This document shows, in pieces, positions 48,025 through 58,352 of a DNA stretch of 64,000 nt. The DNA comes from an uncultured Bacteroidales bacterium (GTDB lineage Bacteria; Bacteroidota; Bacteroidia; Bacteroidales; JAEINX01). The stretch covers positions 25,716-89,715 of the forward strand of contig CAYWXI010000018.1 of assembly GCA_964462015.1 (NCBI GenBank), given 5' to 3'. Position numbers and translations under genes: made by a program. Every line of letters starts with the position of its first letter. Positions within the stretch are counted from its first letter, which is position 1. Under the pieces are notes generated by a model. It saw nothing but the letters and a program-made list of their open reading frames with translations. It was not told the DNA's origin and made no database searches.

Positions 48025-49860
48025 TTGCTTAAAGAAAAATTATTAATAACCGATTGGCTACCTACTACACTTGATGAGGTACAAAAACAAGGTTGGGATG
48101 AATTAGATGTAATACTCTTTTCGGGAGATGCTTATGTAGATCATCCTTCGTTTGGTAATGCTGTTATAGCAAGAATAATTAATAATTTGGGATATAGAGT
48201 GGCAATTGTAGCACAACCTAATTGGAAAGATGATTTGAGGGACTTTAAAAAGCTTGGGAAACCAAGATTGTTTTTTGGAGTAAGCTCAGGATGTATGGAT
48301 TCAATGATCAATCATTACACTGCAAACAAACGCCTTAGAACGGATGATGCATATTCACCCGGAGGAAAAAGTGGCTTTCGACCCGATTATGCAACTTCGG
48401 TCTATTCCCGAATATTGAAGAAATTATTTCCTGATACACCTATTATAATAGGTGGAGTTGAGGCTTCATTGCGAAGATTTACACATTATGATTATTGGTC
48501 GGATAAATTAAAAGCTTCTATTTTGTTGGAAAGTTGCGCCGATATTCTTACTTATGGAATGGGTGAACAGGCATTAAAAAAAATCCTTTCTTTTTATGAC
48601 AAGAAAAAACCGATTGATTCATTATACTCAATTCCTCAAATTGCATTTTTATCAAAAGATAAATCATTGTTGAACAACTCAAAACAATGGAAAAATATTG
48701 AATTGGCATCTCATGAAGAGTGTTTAAAAAGCAAAAAATCATTTGCTTCAAATTTCAAAATTATTGAACAGGAATCGAATAAATTTCATGCCGGTCGTAT
48801 ATTTCAAAACATTGGGAAAAAAATACTTGTAGTAAATCCCCCCTTTCCACCCATGTCGGAAAAAGAAATTGATGCTTCATTTGATCTTCCTTTTACAAGG
48901 CTACCTCATCCAAAATACAAAAAACGTGGAAGTATTCCTGCTTATGAAATGATAAAGCATTCGGTTAATCTTCATCGCGGTTGTTTTGGAGGCTGCAGTT
49001 TTTGTACGATTTCTGCCCATCAGGGGAAATTTATTGCAAGCAGATCGGAAAAATCAATTTTAAAAGAAGTCGAAACGATAACAGAAACACCTGATTTTAA
49101 AGGATATTTAAGTGATTTAGGCGGGCCTTCGGCAAATATGTACAGAATGAAAGGTTTTGATCCCGGAATTTGTAAAAAATGTGCCAGGCCAAGTTGTATT
49201 TTTCCAAAGATTTGCAATAATTTAAATACTGACCACAAACCTCTGATTGCTATTTATAAGAAAGTGAATTCAATAAAATCAATTAAAAAAGCATTTATCG
49301 GTAGTGGTATCAGATACGATTTATTACAAACTAATAATAGAAATTCAGATAAAAAATATCATTATTCCGAATATATAAAACAACTTGTTAAATTTCATGT
49401 TTCAGGAAGATTAAAAGTTGCACCTGAGCATACTTCCGGGCAGGTCTTGAAAATCATGCGAAAACCTTCTTTCAAATTGTTTTTAGACTTTAAAAATATT
49501 TTTGATAAGCTTAACAGAGAAAATTATCTTAATCAGCAAATTGTACCATATTTTATTTCAAGTCATCCTGGCTGCAAACTCGAAGATATGGCTGAACTGG
49601 CAGTTGAAACAAAAAAACTTGGCTTCAAACTTGAACAGGTGCAGGATTTTACACCTACACCTATGACACTTGCAACTGTGATTTATTATTCGGGATATGA
49701 TCCATATACTTTGAAACCTGTTTACACAGCAAAAACCAGGAGCCAAAAACTCGATCAACTTAAATTTTTCTTTTGGTACAAAAAAGAAAACCGGCATTGG
49801 ATCAGAAAAACATTATTAAGATTGAATAAAGAAGATCTTGTTAAAAAATTACTATATTGA
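48025..49860 (+). CDS. ygiQ: YgiQ-family radical SAM protein (UPF0313)
   Basis: The N-terminus is of YgiQ type (GWDELDVILFSGDAYVDHPSFG). A radical-SAM Cys cluster (CFGGCSFC) is present. Length is 611 aa and the start codon is TTG. Confidence 0.9.
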   Translation: MLKEKLLITDWLPTTLDEVQKQGWDELDVILFSGDAYVDHPSFGNAVIARIINNLGYRVAIVAQPNWKDDLRDFKKLGKPRLFFGVSSGCMDSMINHYTANKRLRTDDAYSPGGKSGFRPDYATSVYSRILKKLFPDTPIIIGGVEASLRRFTHYDYWSDKLKASILLESCADILTYGMGEQALKKILSFYDKKKPIDSLYSIPQIAFLSKDKSLLNNSKQWKNIELASHEECLKSKKSFASNFKIIEQESNKFHAGRIFQNIGKKILVVNPPFPPMSEKEIDASFDLPFTRLPHPKYKKRGSIPAYEMIKHSVNLHRGCFGGCSFCTISAHQGKFIASRSEKSILKEVETITETPDFKGYLSDLGGPSANMYRMKGFDPGICKKCARPSCIFPKICNNLNTDHKPLIAIYKKVNSIKSIKKAFIGSGIRYDLLQTNNRNSDKKYHYSEYIKQLVKFHVSGRLKVAPEHTSGQVLKIMRKPSFKLFLDFKNIFDKLNRENYLNQQIVPYFISSHPGCKLEDMAELAVETKKLGFKLEQVQDFTPTPMTLATVIYYSGYDPYTLKPVYTAKTRSQKLDQLKFFFWYKKENRHWIRKTLLRLNKEDLVKKLLY

Positions 49861-49974
49861 TACATTGCTATATTGTTACATCTTATCAATTTAGCCATAC
49901 GAAGCGAAGCAAGTCCGTATGGATAACAATTTAACATTGAAACTTTTTTATATCTTGCAGAAAAATTACTGAAA

Positions 49975-50811
49975 ATGACATCAGCTAATAAGCAATTTCC
50001 TTTTGATAAAAAATATTTAATTTTTTTTATTAATTCAACCGCTGCATTTATTAGCACATATATCATTGTTAGTATTTTAAGATCGTTGGCTACCATTTTA
50101 ATTGCTAATGAATGCGATATAAATTCAATAGTGTTTTTAAACAGGATTGAATTCTTGGCACCCGATAATTCCAGCCTCTGGAGCTTTGATACTACTTTAT
50201 CGGTATATTTGTCCGGCCCTATTTTTTCCTTCTTACTTGGAACCGTATTATCAATATATTATCTCATTAAAAAAAAGAAACATATGTTCTTTGATATGTT
50301 TCTTTTCTGGGCATTTTTAAATGCCTTTGGCTTCTTTTTTGCTGCTGTTCTCGCTGATTTAATTACAAATACGGGAATTGTATTTGCTCTAAATTCAATG
50401 AACTTTGGCTATTCTGTTCGAATTATAATTTTTATCTCTACTATTTATTTAATGATCCATCTTGGTTCATTGTCAATAAAAGTTTTTGTTTTTTCCTCTG
50501 ATTCTTGTTATATAATTACTTTTAAGAAGCGAATAAAATATTTGTTTTCACGCATTTTATTACCGTGGTTTTTTGGCAGCCTGATTATTCTTTCTATTAT
50601 TACACCTCCATTTTCCAGGTATTATATTTTTCTCTTTTTATTAATGCTCCTTTTTCTTGTATCAGTTTTATTCCCTAACAATTATTCTTTAAAAAATAAA
50701 AATATAGCTCATAAAGAAAATAAGATCAATTGGATATTCATTATTTCTAATATAATTTTAGTTTTTCTGTTAAGATATTATCTTTATTCAGGAATTAATT
50801 TATTTGAATAA
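49975..50811 (+). CDS. Hypothetical polytopic membrane protein
   Basis: 278 aa with about 7-8 hydrophobic helices and no recognisable motif. Confidence 0.5.
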   Translation: MTSANKQFPFDKKYLIFFINSTAAFISTYIIVSILRSLATILIANECDINSIVFLNRIEFLAPDNSSLWSFDTTLSVYLSGPIFSFLLGTVLSIYYLIKKKKHMFFDMFLFWAFLNAFGFFFAAVLADLITNTGIVFALNSMNFGYSVRIIIFISTIYLMIHLGSLSIKVFVFSSDSCYIITFKKRIKYLFSRILLPWFFGSLIILSIITPPFSRYYIFLFLLMLLFLVSVLFPNNYSLKNKNIAHKENKINWIFIISNIILVFLLRYYLYSGINLFE

Positions 50812-50872
50812 AAAAAACACCGGATTAGATTTACTTCCGGTGTTTCTGATCAGGTTTTACAAAAAAACGTAA

Positions 50873-53056
50873 CTACTTCTTTGTAAGACCATTATTTACA
50901 ATGGTCATTTCATCAACTAAATATTTTGCTCCGGCAAATTTATCGACAATGAACAGAACATATCTGATATCAGTGTTAATAGTTCTCTGCAATTCAGGTT
51001 CAAATGAAATATCGCCACTCATTCCTTCCCAATTAAGATCGAAAACCAATCCAATAATTTGACCGTCTCCATTTAATACCGGGCTTCCGGCACTGCCTGC
51101 AGTTGCATCATTATCGGTTGTAAAACAAACATTCATAACTCCTTTATCCGAATATGCCCCATAATCTTTAGTATCATATAAATATTTTAATTTTCCGGGT
51201 ACAAAAAATTCATTATCGTCTGAATCCTCTTTTTCCATTACCCCGTATAATGTTGTATAATGTTTACTTATCAAGCCATCAGACGGTGTACTTCCAATAA
51301 TTTTTCCATAGGATAGTCGCAAGCTTGAATTTGCATCACAATATAAATTTGCATTGGGATTCATTTCTAATAGGCCTTCTTTAAACAAACGGTAATTTTC
51401 ATTAAGTGTCAAATATGAATCCGAAAGGACATCATTTATTTCCTTTCGCTTATCCATACAACATAAATATAATTTAAAAGCATAATCATTTTCAAGACTT
51501 ATCAGTTCCGGATTATTAACAAAGAGCCATAATTCGTCATAATTTGCAAATATTGACTTATTATAAATGGCATTTGTAAACCAGTTGAAATCGTTATTAT
51601 ATTCGGTTTGCAATGTTGAAAACATCTCGGGAAGCTGATCATTAGAAATATTTTTTATTTCACTATAGAAAAGTTCGACAATTTCGTAAAAGATTTTCTT
51701 ATCGGTTTCAGGATCAACATTCACAATATAATTTCTTACTGCTTCTCTTAATTCATCAGGAATTTTATATGATTTTGCTTTCTTTTTGTTGAGTGATTGC
51801 AATTCAAGATAAACCGGATAGAACTTTTTAATCAAAATCATCAAATCAGCGCCATTATTCATAACCTCCTCACAATATTGATTATATAGGTTATACTCAC
51901 CGATTTTTTTATTTGCTTCATATATTTTATCAATTACGTCTCCATATTTTTCATTTCTCTCAGGATTGGAATTCGCCCAATTATCAAATTCTTTTTCAAT
52001 TTCCTTTTTCTTATCATAAACTTTGTATCGTTTTAGTTGCTTGCTTTTCCCGAGATAATATTTTGAATAATTACTGGTTTGTGCAAATTTTGCAGCGTAT
52101 TGTAATTTTATATCTTCGCTTTCATCCATTCTGTTTATCAAAACCTTAAGCTTTTTATCCTTAATTCTTTTCAATGTAGGGTTGGTTTCGTCAATCAGCA
52201 TTTCAACACCTTTTGAAGAAAGATAGCGGTCAGTGGACAACGGATATCCTAAGGTCATTGCAAAATCCAACTCATTAAATCCATCAACGGAAATAGGTAA
52301 ATGATGCTTTGACCTCAATGGAATATTATATTCGGAATATTCAGCCGGTTTGCCATCAGGTGATGTGTACACCCTGAATAATGAAAAATCTCCGGTATGT
52401 CGAGGCCACATCCAGTTATCTGTGTCGCCTCCAAAACTACCTATAGCTAAAGGAGGTATCCCAACCAGGCGAACATCATTGAAAGTTTCATAAACAAAAA
52501 GATAAAATTCATTATCATAACAGAAGCTTTTAACTTCAGCAGAATAATGAGTTCTGTTTTCAGTTTCTGACTCAATATCTTTACAAACTTCCTTAATTTT
52601 TGCAACTCTTGCTTTCTCACTCATATTTTTTCTTAATTTCGATAACACCTCATCAGTAACATTTTCCATTCTAATAAGAAATGTTACTGATAATCCGGGA
52701 TTCGGAAGCTCTTCCTCTTCGCTCATTGCCCAAAAACCGTTTTTGAGATAATCGTTTTTAAGTGTGCTGTGTGCATGTACATAATCCAGTCCCGAATTAT
52801 GGGAAGTAATCAATAATCCATTTGGGGAAATTATTGCTCCTGAAGAAAAATCACTAAATTGAACCACAGCATCCTTAATAGATGAATGATTAATATCGTA
52901 AATATCTTCAGGGGATAAATGCAGGCCCATTTTCTGCATTTCTGTATAGTTTTGTGATTTTATTAATAAAGGCAACCACAGTCCTTCGTCCGATCTGGCA
53001 AGGCAATTAACTCCCAATAGGATTGCAACCAGAACAGGAATAAATTTTGTTTTCAT
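50873..53056 (-). CDS. S46-family dipeptidyl-peptidase (DPP7/DPP11-like)
   Basis: It has a signal peptide followed by the DEGLWLP motif, a chymotrypsin-fold His region (ITSHNSG) and Ser region (TAGSAGSPVL) split by a helical insert. Length is 727 aa. Confidence 0.9.
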   Translation of the reverse strand: MKTKFIPVLVAILLGVNCLARSDEGLWLPLLIKSQNYTEMQKMGLHLSPEDIYDINHSSIKDAVVQFSDFSSGAIISPNGLLITSHNSGLDYVHAHSTLKNDYLKNGFWAMSEEEELPNPGLSVTFLIRMENVTDEVLSKLRKNMSEKARVAKIKEVCKDIESETENRTHYSAEVKSFCYDNEFYLFVYETFNDVRLVGIPPLAIGSFGGDTDNWMWPRHTGDFSLFRVYTSPDGKPAEYSEYNIPLRSKHHLPISVDGFNELDFAMTLGYPLSTDRYLSSKGVEMLIDETNPTLKRIKDKKLKVLINRMDESEDIKLQYAAKFAQTSNYSKYYLGKSKQLKRYKVYDKKKEIEKEFDNWANSNPERNEKYGDVIDKIYEANKKIGEYNLYNQYCEEVMNNGADLMILIKKFYPVYLELQSLNKKKAKSYKIPDELREAVRNYIVNVDPETDKKIFYEIVELFYSEIKNISNDQLPEMFSTLQTEYNNDFNWFTNAIYNKSIFANYDELWLFVNNPELISLENDYAFKLYLCCMDKRKEINDVLSDSYLTLNENYRLFKEGLLEMNPNANLYCDANSSLRLSYGKIIGSTPSDGLISKHYTTLYGVMEKEDSDDNEFFVPGKLKYLYDTKDYGAYSDKGVMNVCFTTDNDATAGSAGSPVLNGDGQIIGLVFDLNWEGMSGDISFEPELQRTINTDIRYVLFIVDKFAGAKYLVDEMTIVNNGLTKK

Positions 53057-53406
53057 AGTTTGTTTGTGTTTTTAATTAACAATTAATATTTAGTTTGTGT
53101 TTCAATATATTACTGCATACTTTATGCCATTTTACTAATGTGTTTTGTATTAATTATATAAACATTTTTTTTAAAAAGCTTTATTTAAAAATTTGTCGAA
53201 AACGAACAGTCAGTGTCCTTATACGAACACTTATTATTGCTTGTATGATAAGTGTTTATATGTATATTATAATATAAGACTCATTTTTTTTAGAAATAGT
53301 TACAATATGAAAAAAAAAAATAGTTTAATTAGCTATAAAAAATTTGATACCTTTGACAGATATTGAAAAAAATAATATCAATGTAAATCAAATAATAATT
53401 AAAATA

Positions 53407-54684
53407 ATGCCGAAAAACAAACAAAAGAAAATAGCGGTAATAGGTTTCGGTGCTGCAGCAATTGGATTTATTGAAAAGATTAAACATTCAGGATACGAAG
53501 TTCATGTGTTTGAAAAAAGCAAGGATATTTATTCGTCAAGTATTTCAGGGATACGTGCAGATGGAAAACTTTTTGTTTCAAAGGAAATGGGAGGCGAACT
53601 CGATATTGATATAATTTTGCAAAAACAACTTGTTGATTATTATATCAGCCACACCGGAAACGGAAATGTTGAAAAAGGCAGTTCATTTACAAACTCCGAA
53701 TATTACAAAACTTTTTATCAAAAAGGATTTCAACCAATTTCATCTGATTTTTATCACCTTGGGACCGACCAATTGAAAGAGGTTCTTTTTAATATTTTTT
53801 CTGCTCTTCAAAAACATAAAAACATACATTTTCATTTTGGAAAAAATATAACAAATATTGAAATCATTAATGACCTTGTAAAAATTAATGATACCGATGT
53901 TTTTGATTATGCAATTGTTTGTGTCGGAAGAAGCGGGCATAAACTCACAAAAAATATTACTAAAAAATATCCTCAACTTATTCTCGACAGCACAAAAGTC
54001 GATCTTGGAATTCGCTATGAGCTCCCAAATCATATTGTCGAGGATTTGAATAAAGAAATGTATGAATTTAAAGTAAAATATAAAAGCAAAACAGGATATA
54101 TAGTTCGTACATTTTGTAATAATCCATCGGGTTATGTGGTTACTGAAAATTATGGCGATTTTGTTACCGTCAACGGACATTCCAAAATAAAATCAAAAAG
54201 CAAAAACACTAATTTTGCAATACTAACAACAGTTAAATTAACCGAACCTTTTAACGATCCTATAGGATATGGTTCATATATTGCCCAACTTACAAATTTA
54301 TTAGCCGGGAAAGGGAAATTGATACTTCAAACCTATGATCATTTCTTTAATTCAAGGCGAACTAAACACCTATATCGTGTTCAACCTACTTTAGAACCTG
54401 AAAATTTTATTCTGGGAGATATTAATCTTGCTTATCCACGTAGAATTATTGAAAGTATAATTGATTTTATTGAAAGTCTGAATGAAGTTGTTCCTGGAGT
54501 GGCAAATCCTGACAATCTTGTCTATGCACCTGAAATCAAATTTTATTCAAACACAATTGACAATAATATATTTCACAACCTGAAATTTATTGGTGATTGT
54601 TCAGGACATACAAGATCAATTATTTATGCCACCGCTCATGGTTATATTATTGCTGAAAATATTATTAATAACGGGTTGGGGTAA
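53407..54684 (+). CDS. FAD/NAD(P)-binding oxidoreductase-like protein
   Basis: The dinucleotide-binding motif IAVIGFGAAAIG lies immediately after the ATG at 53407, while the track start at 53344 is TTG. A second glycine motif (VCVGRSG) and a C-terminal GDCSG are also present. Confidence 0.6.
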   Translation: MPKNKQKKIAVIGFGAAAIGFIEKIKHSGYEVHVFEKSKDIYSSSISGIRADGKLFVSKEMGGELDIDIILQKQLVDYYISHTGNGNVEKGSSFTNSEYYKTFYQKGFQPISSDFYHLGTDQLKEVLFNIFSALQKHKNIHFHFGKNITNIEIINDLVKINDTDVFDYAIVCVGRSGHKLTKNITKKYPQLILDSTKVDLGIRYELPNHIVEDLNKEMYEFKVKYKSKTGYIVRTFCNNPSGYVVTENYGDFVTVNGHSKIKSKSKNTNFAILTTVKLTEPFNDPIGYGSYIAQLTNLLAGKGKLILQTYDHFFNSRRTKHLYRVQPTLEPENFILGDINLAYPRRIIESIIDFIESLNEVVPGVANPDNLVYAPEIKFYSNTIDNNIFHNLKFIGDCSGHTRSIIYATAHGYIIAENIINNGLG

Positions 54685-54875
54685 AAGGGTATAAAGGAAA
54701 TATGGGAAACATAGGAAATAAGGGAAATACAATCTGTTTTAACATCAAAATTTTATCGTCAGTATTAGAATATTACCCCCCTTATACCAATATACATTTA
54801 TACCTTTTCATCCTCAATACCCTCAAAACTATATAACAATTTAACAATTTCTATTATAACTTAATACTAAATAAT

Positions 54876-57800
54876 ATGAAAACAAAAACTTCAATTTTTC
54901 TTTTATTTATTTTCTTAATTACTTCATCAAACCTTGAAGCAAATAAGAAGAAAGACAAAAACAAACAAGCAAACGATACAATTAAATCGAGTGTCGTAAG
55001 CGGACTAAAATTCAGAAGTATTGGCCCTGCATTAACATCAGGCCGTATTGCCGATTTTGCTGTTAATCCTGATAATCCGAGTGAATATTATGTTGCTGTT
55101 GCTTCGGGAAATGTGTGGAAAACAACAAATTCAGGTACAACATGGAATCCTATATTCGATAATTACGGTTCTTATTCTACCGGATGTATCACTATTGATC
55201 CTAACAATCATAACGTTGTATGGCTAGGTACCGGTGAGAACACTCATCAGCGTGCACTTGGTTATGGTGATGGAGTTTATAAAACTGTTGACGGTGGAAA
55301 GAAATGGAAAAATATGGGCCTTAAAGAATCAAGGCAAATTGGAAAGATCATTGTTGACCCTGGAAATTCAGATATTGTCTATGTTGCTGCTGAAGGTTCG
55401 GCCTGGGGGCCGGGTGACGAAAGAGGACTTTATAAAACTACCGATGGAGGAAAAACATGGGAGAAAGTCCTTGATATCAGCGAACATACAGGAATTAGTT
55501 CATTGGTAATGGATTCACGTAATCCCGATGTTCTTTATGCAGCTGCCGAACAAAGAAGAAGGCATGTCCACACAAAAATCGGTGGAGGACCCGAGTCGGC
55601 AATTCATAAAACCACTGACGGAGGAAAAACCTGGCGAAAGCTAAAATCAGGATTACCGGGTGGAGATGTTGGAGGAATAGGGTTGGCCATTTCACCTGTT
55701 AATCCCGATTACGTTTACGCAATAATTGAAGCAGCAGGAAAACCCGGTGGATTCTTCCGATCAACCGACAGGGGTGAATCCTGGAAAAAGATGAGCGATC
55801 ATAAAAGCAGCGGCCAATATTATACCGAAATCTATTGCGACCCGATTGATGTTAATAAAGTGTATTCGGTTGAAACAATTTCTCAGGTTACCAAAGATGG
55901 TGGTAAAACATGGAAAAGACTGGGCAATAACAAACGACATGTTGACGATCATGCACTCTGGATTGATCCTGACGACACAAATCACTTTTTAATAGGAGGT
56001 GACGGAGGTGTTTACGAAACTTTTGATGGTGGAAAAAATTATCTCTATAAATCAAATCTTCCAGTAACTCAATATTATCGTGTTGCTGTTGATAATTCCG
56101 AACCTTTTTATTGGGTTTATGGAGGCACACAGGACAACAGTAGTATGGGAGGCCCATCACAAAGTCTGAGCAGCGAAGGTGTTAAAAGCTCCGACTGGAT
56201 AGTTACTCTTGGTGGTGACGGTTTTTGGCAAGCTATTGATCCCGAAAATCCTGATATAGTTTACTCAGAATATCAATACGGAAATATTTACAGATACGAT
56301 AAAAAAAGCGGCGAATCATTATCAATTAAACCTCAACCCGGAAAAGGCGAGGATACTTATAAGTGGAATTGGAATACTCCTTTCATTATTAGCCCTCATT
56401 CAAACACAAGACTATATATTGCAGCAAATAAGGTTTTTAAAAGTAACGACAGGGGCCATTCATGGGAAGTTATCAGCGATGATCTCACTGCAAAAATCGA
56501 CCGAAATACCTGGCCCGTTATGGATAGATATTGGGGCGTTGATGCCGTTGTAAAAGACGTATCAACTTCTCTTTACGGTACAATAATTTCTTTAGCCGAA
56601 TCACCGGTAAAAGAAGGACTGATCTATACAGGAACCGATGACGGATTAATACAGGTAACGGAAGATAACGGTAAAATCTGGACTAAAATTGATAAATTTC
56701 CGGGTATTCCCGAATACACTTATGTTAGTGATATTTTACCATCAAGATTTGATGAAAATGTCGTTTATGCTTCTTTTGATAATCTTAAGCGTGATGATTT
56801 TAAACCTTATATTTTAAAAAGTGAAGATAAAGGAAAAACATGGAAATCAATTTCTTCAAACCTACCTGAAAATGGATCTGTTCATACTTTACAACAAGAC
56901 TTTATTAATCCCAACTTACTCTTTGCAGGAACCGAATTCGGTGTGTTTTTCAGTATTGATGACGGAAAAATCTGGACACAACTTAAATCGGGAATTCCAA
57001 CAATAAAAGTAACCGACATAGTAATTCAGGAAAGAGAAAATGATCTTGTACTGTCAACTTTTGGCCGCGGATTCTACATCCTTGATGATTATTCACCTCT
57101 TAGAGAATTAAACAAAGAACTCCTTGAAAAAGATGCTTACATTTTCCCCGTTGATGATGCCCTGATGTATGTTCAGAAAAGAGGGAAATACGGACAGGGA
57201 AGCACACGATATATAGCCAAAAACCCGGATTTCGGAGCCATTTTTACTTATTACATCAAAGAATCACCAAAAACGCTGAAACAACAAAGAAAAGGAAAAG
57301 AAAAAAAATTGATTAAAGATAAAAAACCAATTCCTATCCCGACAATGGAGGAGCTAAGAGCCGAAGAAAATGAAGTAGCTCCATATTTGATTTTTACTAT
57401 TAAAGACGAAGATGGCAATGAAATAAGAAAATTTCATAAAAAAATCTCAAAAGGAATTAACCGGGCTTCCTGGAATCTCAGGTATCCGGGAGTTCATCCG
57501 ATCAGATTGAAAAACAAAAAATTTAATCCTGTTGTTTCCGAAGGTGATTATATGTATGTTTTGCCTGGAAAATATAATGTTTCGCTTGCTCAGTGCGTCA
57601 GAGGTGAAGTAACTGAACTTGTTGCACCTGTTGAATTTGAAGCCGTTGTTTTAAATAATACAACTTTACCCTCCCCCGACAGAAAAGAACTCGTGGCTTT
57701 TCAGAAAAAGCTTGCCGGATTGATTAAAACTGTCAGAGGTGCTTATAGTTTATCAAATGATTTGATGGAAAAAACTCAATTCATAAAACAAGCCATTTTA

Positions 57801-58160
57801 AAAAGCCCCGGCATTGATCCCGGTTTGATGACAAAGGCAAATAAAATTGAATCGGAACTGGATGAAATCCTCTGGGATTTTTCGGGGCAACAGCCAAAAG
57901 CAAGCCGGGAAGAAAACTGGCCGGCTAAACCCTCAATTAACGAAAGGTTAAACTCAATGGCTTATGCTCATTGGAGATCCACCTCCGCAATAACTCAAAC
58001 ACAAAAGGACACTTATAAAATTATTTCTGAAGAATTTCCTCCATTATTAGAAAAGCTAAAAGAAATTAATAATGTGGAATTAAAAAACCTTGAGAAAGAG
58101 TTGGAGAAAGCCGGGGTGCCTTATACACCTGGCAGGGTTCCCGAATGGCAAAAATTGTAG
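54876..58160 (+). CDS. BNR/Asp-box repeat, sortilin (VPS10)-like beta-propeller protein
   Basis: It has a signal peptide and at least 10 Asp-box motifs of the form S/TxDxGxxW (TTNSGTTW, TVDGGKKW, TTDGGKTW x2, STDRGESW, TKDGGKTW, SNDRGHSW, TEDNGKIW, SEDKGKTW, SIDDGKIW). Length is 1094 aa. Confidence 0.8.
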   Translation: MKTKTSIFLLFIFLITSSNLEANKKKDKNKQANDTIKSSVVSGLKFRSIGPALTSGRIADFAVNPDNPSEYYVAVASGNVWKTTNSGTTWNPIFDNYGSYSTGCITIDPNNHNVVWLGTGENTHQRALGYGDGVYKTVDGGKKWKNMGLKESRQIGKIIVDPGNSDIVYVAAEGSAWGPGDERGLYKTTDGGKTWEKVLDISEHTGISSLVMDSRNPDVLYAAAEQRRRHVHTKIGGGPESAIHKTTDGGKTWRKLKSGLPGGDVGGIGLAISPVNPDYVYAIIEAAGKPGGFFRSTDRGESWKKMSDHKSSGQYYTEIYCDPIDVNKVYSVETISQVTKDGGKTWKRLGNNKRHVDDHALWIDPDDTNHFLIGGDGGVYETFDGGKNYLYKSNLPVTQYYRVAVDNSEPFYWVYGGTQDNSSMGGPSQSLSSEGVKSSDWIVTLGGDGFWQAIDPENPDIVYSEYQYGNIYRYDKKSGESLSIKPQPGKGEDTYKWNWNTPFIISPHSNTRLYIAANKVFKSNDRGHSWEVISDDLTAKIDRNTWPVMDRYWGVDAVVKDVSTSLYGTIISLAESPVKEGLIYTGTDDGLIQVTEDNGKIWTKIDKFPGIPEYTYVSDILPSRFDENVVYASFDNLKRDDFKPYILKSEDKGKTWKSISSNLPENGSVHTLQQDFINPNLLFAGTEFGVFFSIDDGKIWTQLKSGIPTIKVTDIVIQERENDLVLSTFGRGFYILDDYSPLRELNKELLEKDAYIFPVDDALMYVQKRGKYGQGSTRYIAKNPDFGAIFTYYIKESPKTLKQQRKGKEKKLIKDKKPIPIPTMEELRAEENEVAPYLIFTIKDEDGNEIRKFHKKISKGINRASWNLRYPGVHPIRLKNKKFNPVVSEGDYMYVLPGKYNVSLAQCVRGEVTELVAPVEFEAVVLNNTTLPSPDRKELVAFQKKLAGLIKTVRGAYSLSNDLMEKTQFIKQAILKSPGIDPGLMTKANKIESELDEILWDFSGQQPKASREENWPAKPSINERLNSMAYAHWRSTSAITQTQKDTYKIISEEFPPLLEKLKEINNVELKNLEKELEKAGVPYTPGRVPEWQKL

Positions 58161-58180
58161 AGACGTTTCATGAAACGTCT
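58161..58180. terminator. Perfect 20-nt palindrome immediately after the BNR gene stop
   Basis: agacgtttcatgaaacgtct starts 1 nt after the TAG. There is no T run, so its function as a terminator is uncertain. Confidence 0.4.
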
Positions 58181-58223
58181 GTACATTATGTAATGTTCTA
58201 TTTGAGGAAATTTTGTTTTTCCA

Positions 58224-58256
58224 AAGGATTCCATCTTTTTAAAGGATGGAATCCTT
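58224..58256. terminator. 12-bp-stem hairpin between convergent genes
   Basis: The stem aaggattccatc / gatggaatcctt has a 9-nt loop. It lies between the + strand BNR gene and the - strand 1299-aa gene. Confidence 0.4.
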
Positions 58257-58352
58257 AAATATAGGATAGTCATCGTATGAGTTACATATGTAATTTATCT
58301 GTTACTTGAAATATTTATTAACCTACCGATACATTCATCCGATGACTTTGAA

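Noticed and set aside
49755-50096. 113-aa minus-strand ORF spanning the ygiQ end and the next gene start
   Set aside because: It overlaps two well-supported + strand genes and an intergenic region, and its product has no features.
53740-54180. 146-aa minus-strand ORF inside the FAD-binding protein gene
   Set aside because: It is antisense to an ORF with a clear dinucleotide-binding motif, and its A+T-rich low-complexity product has no motifs.
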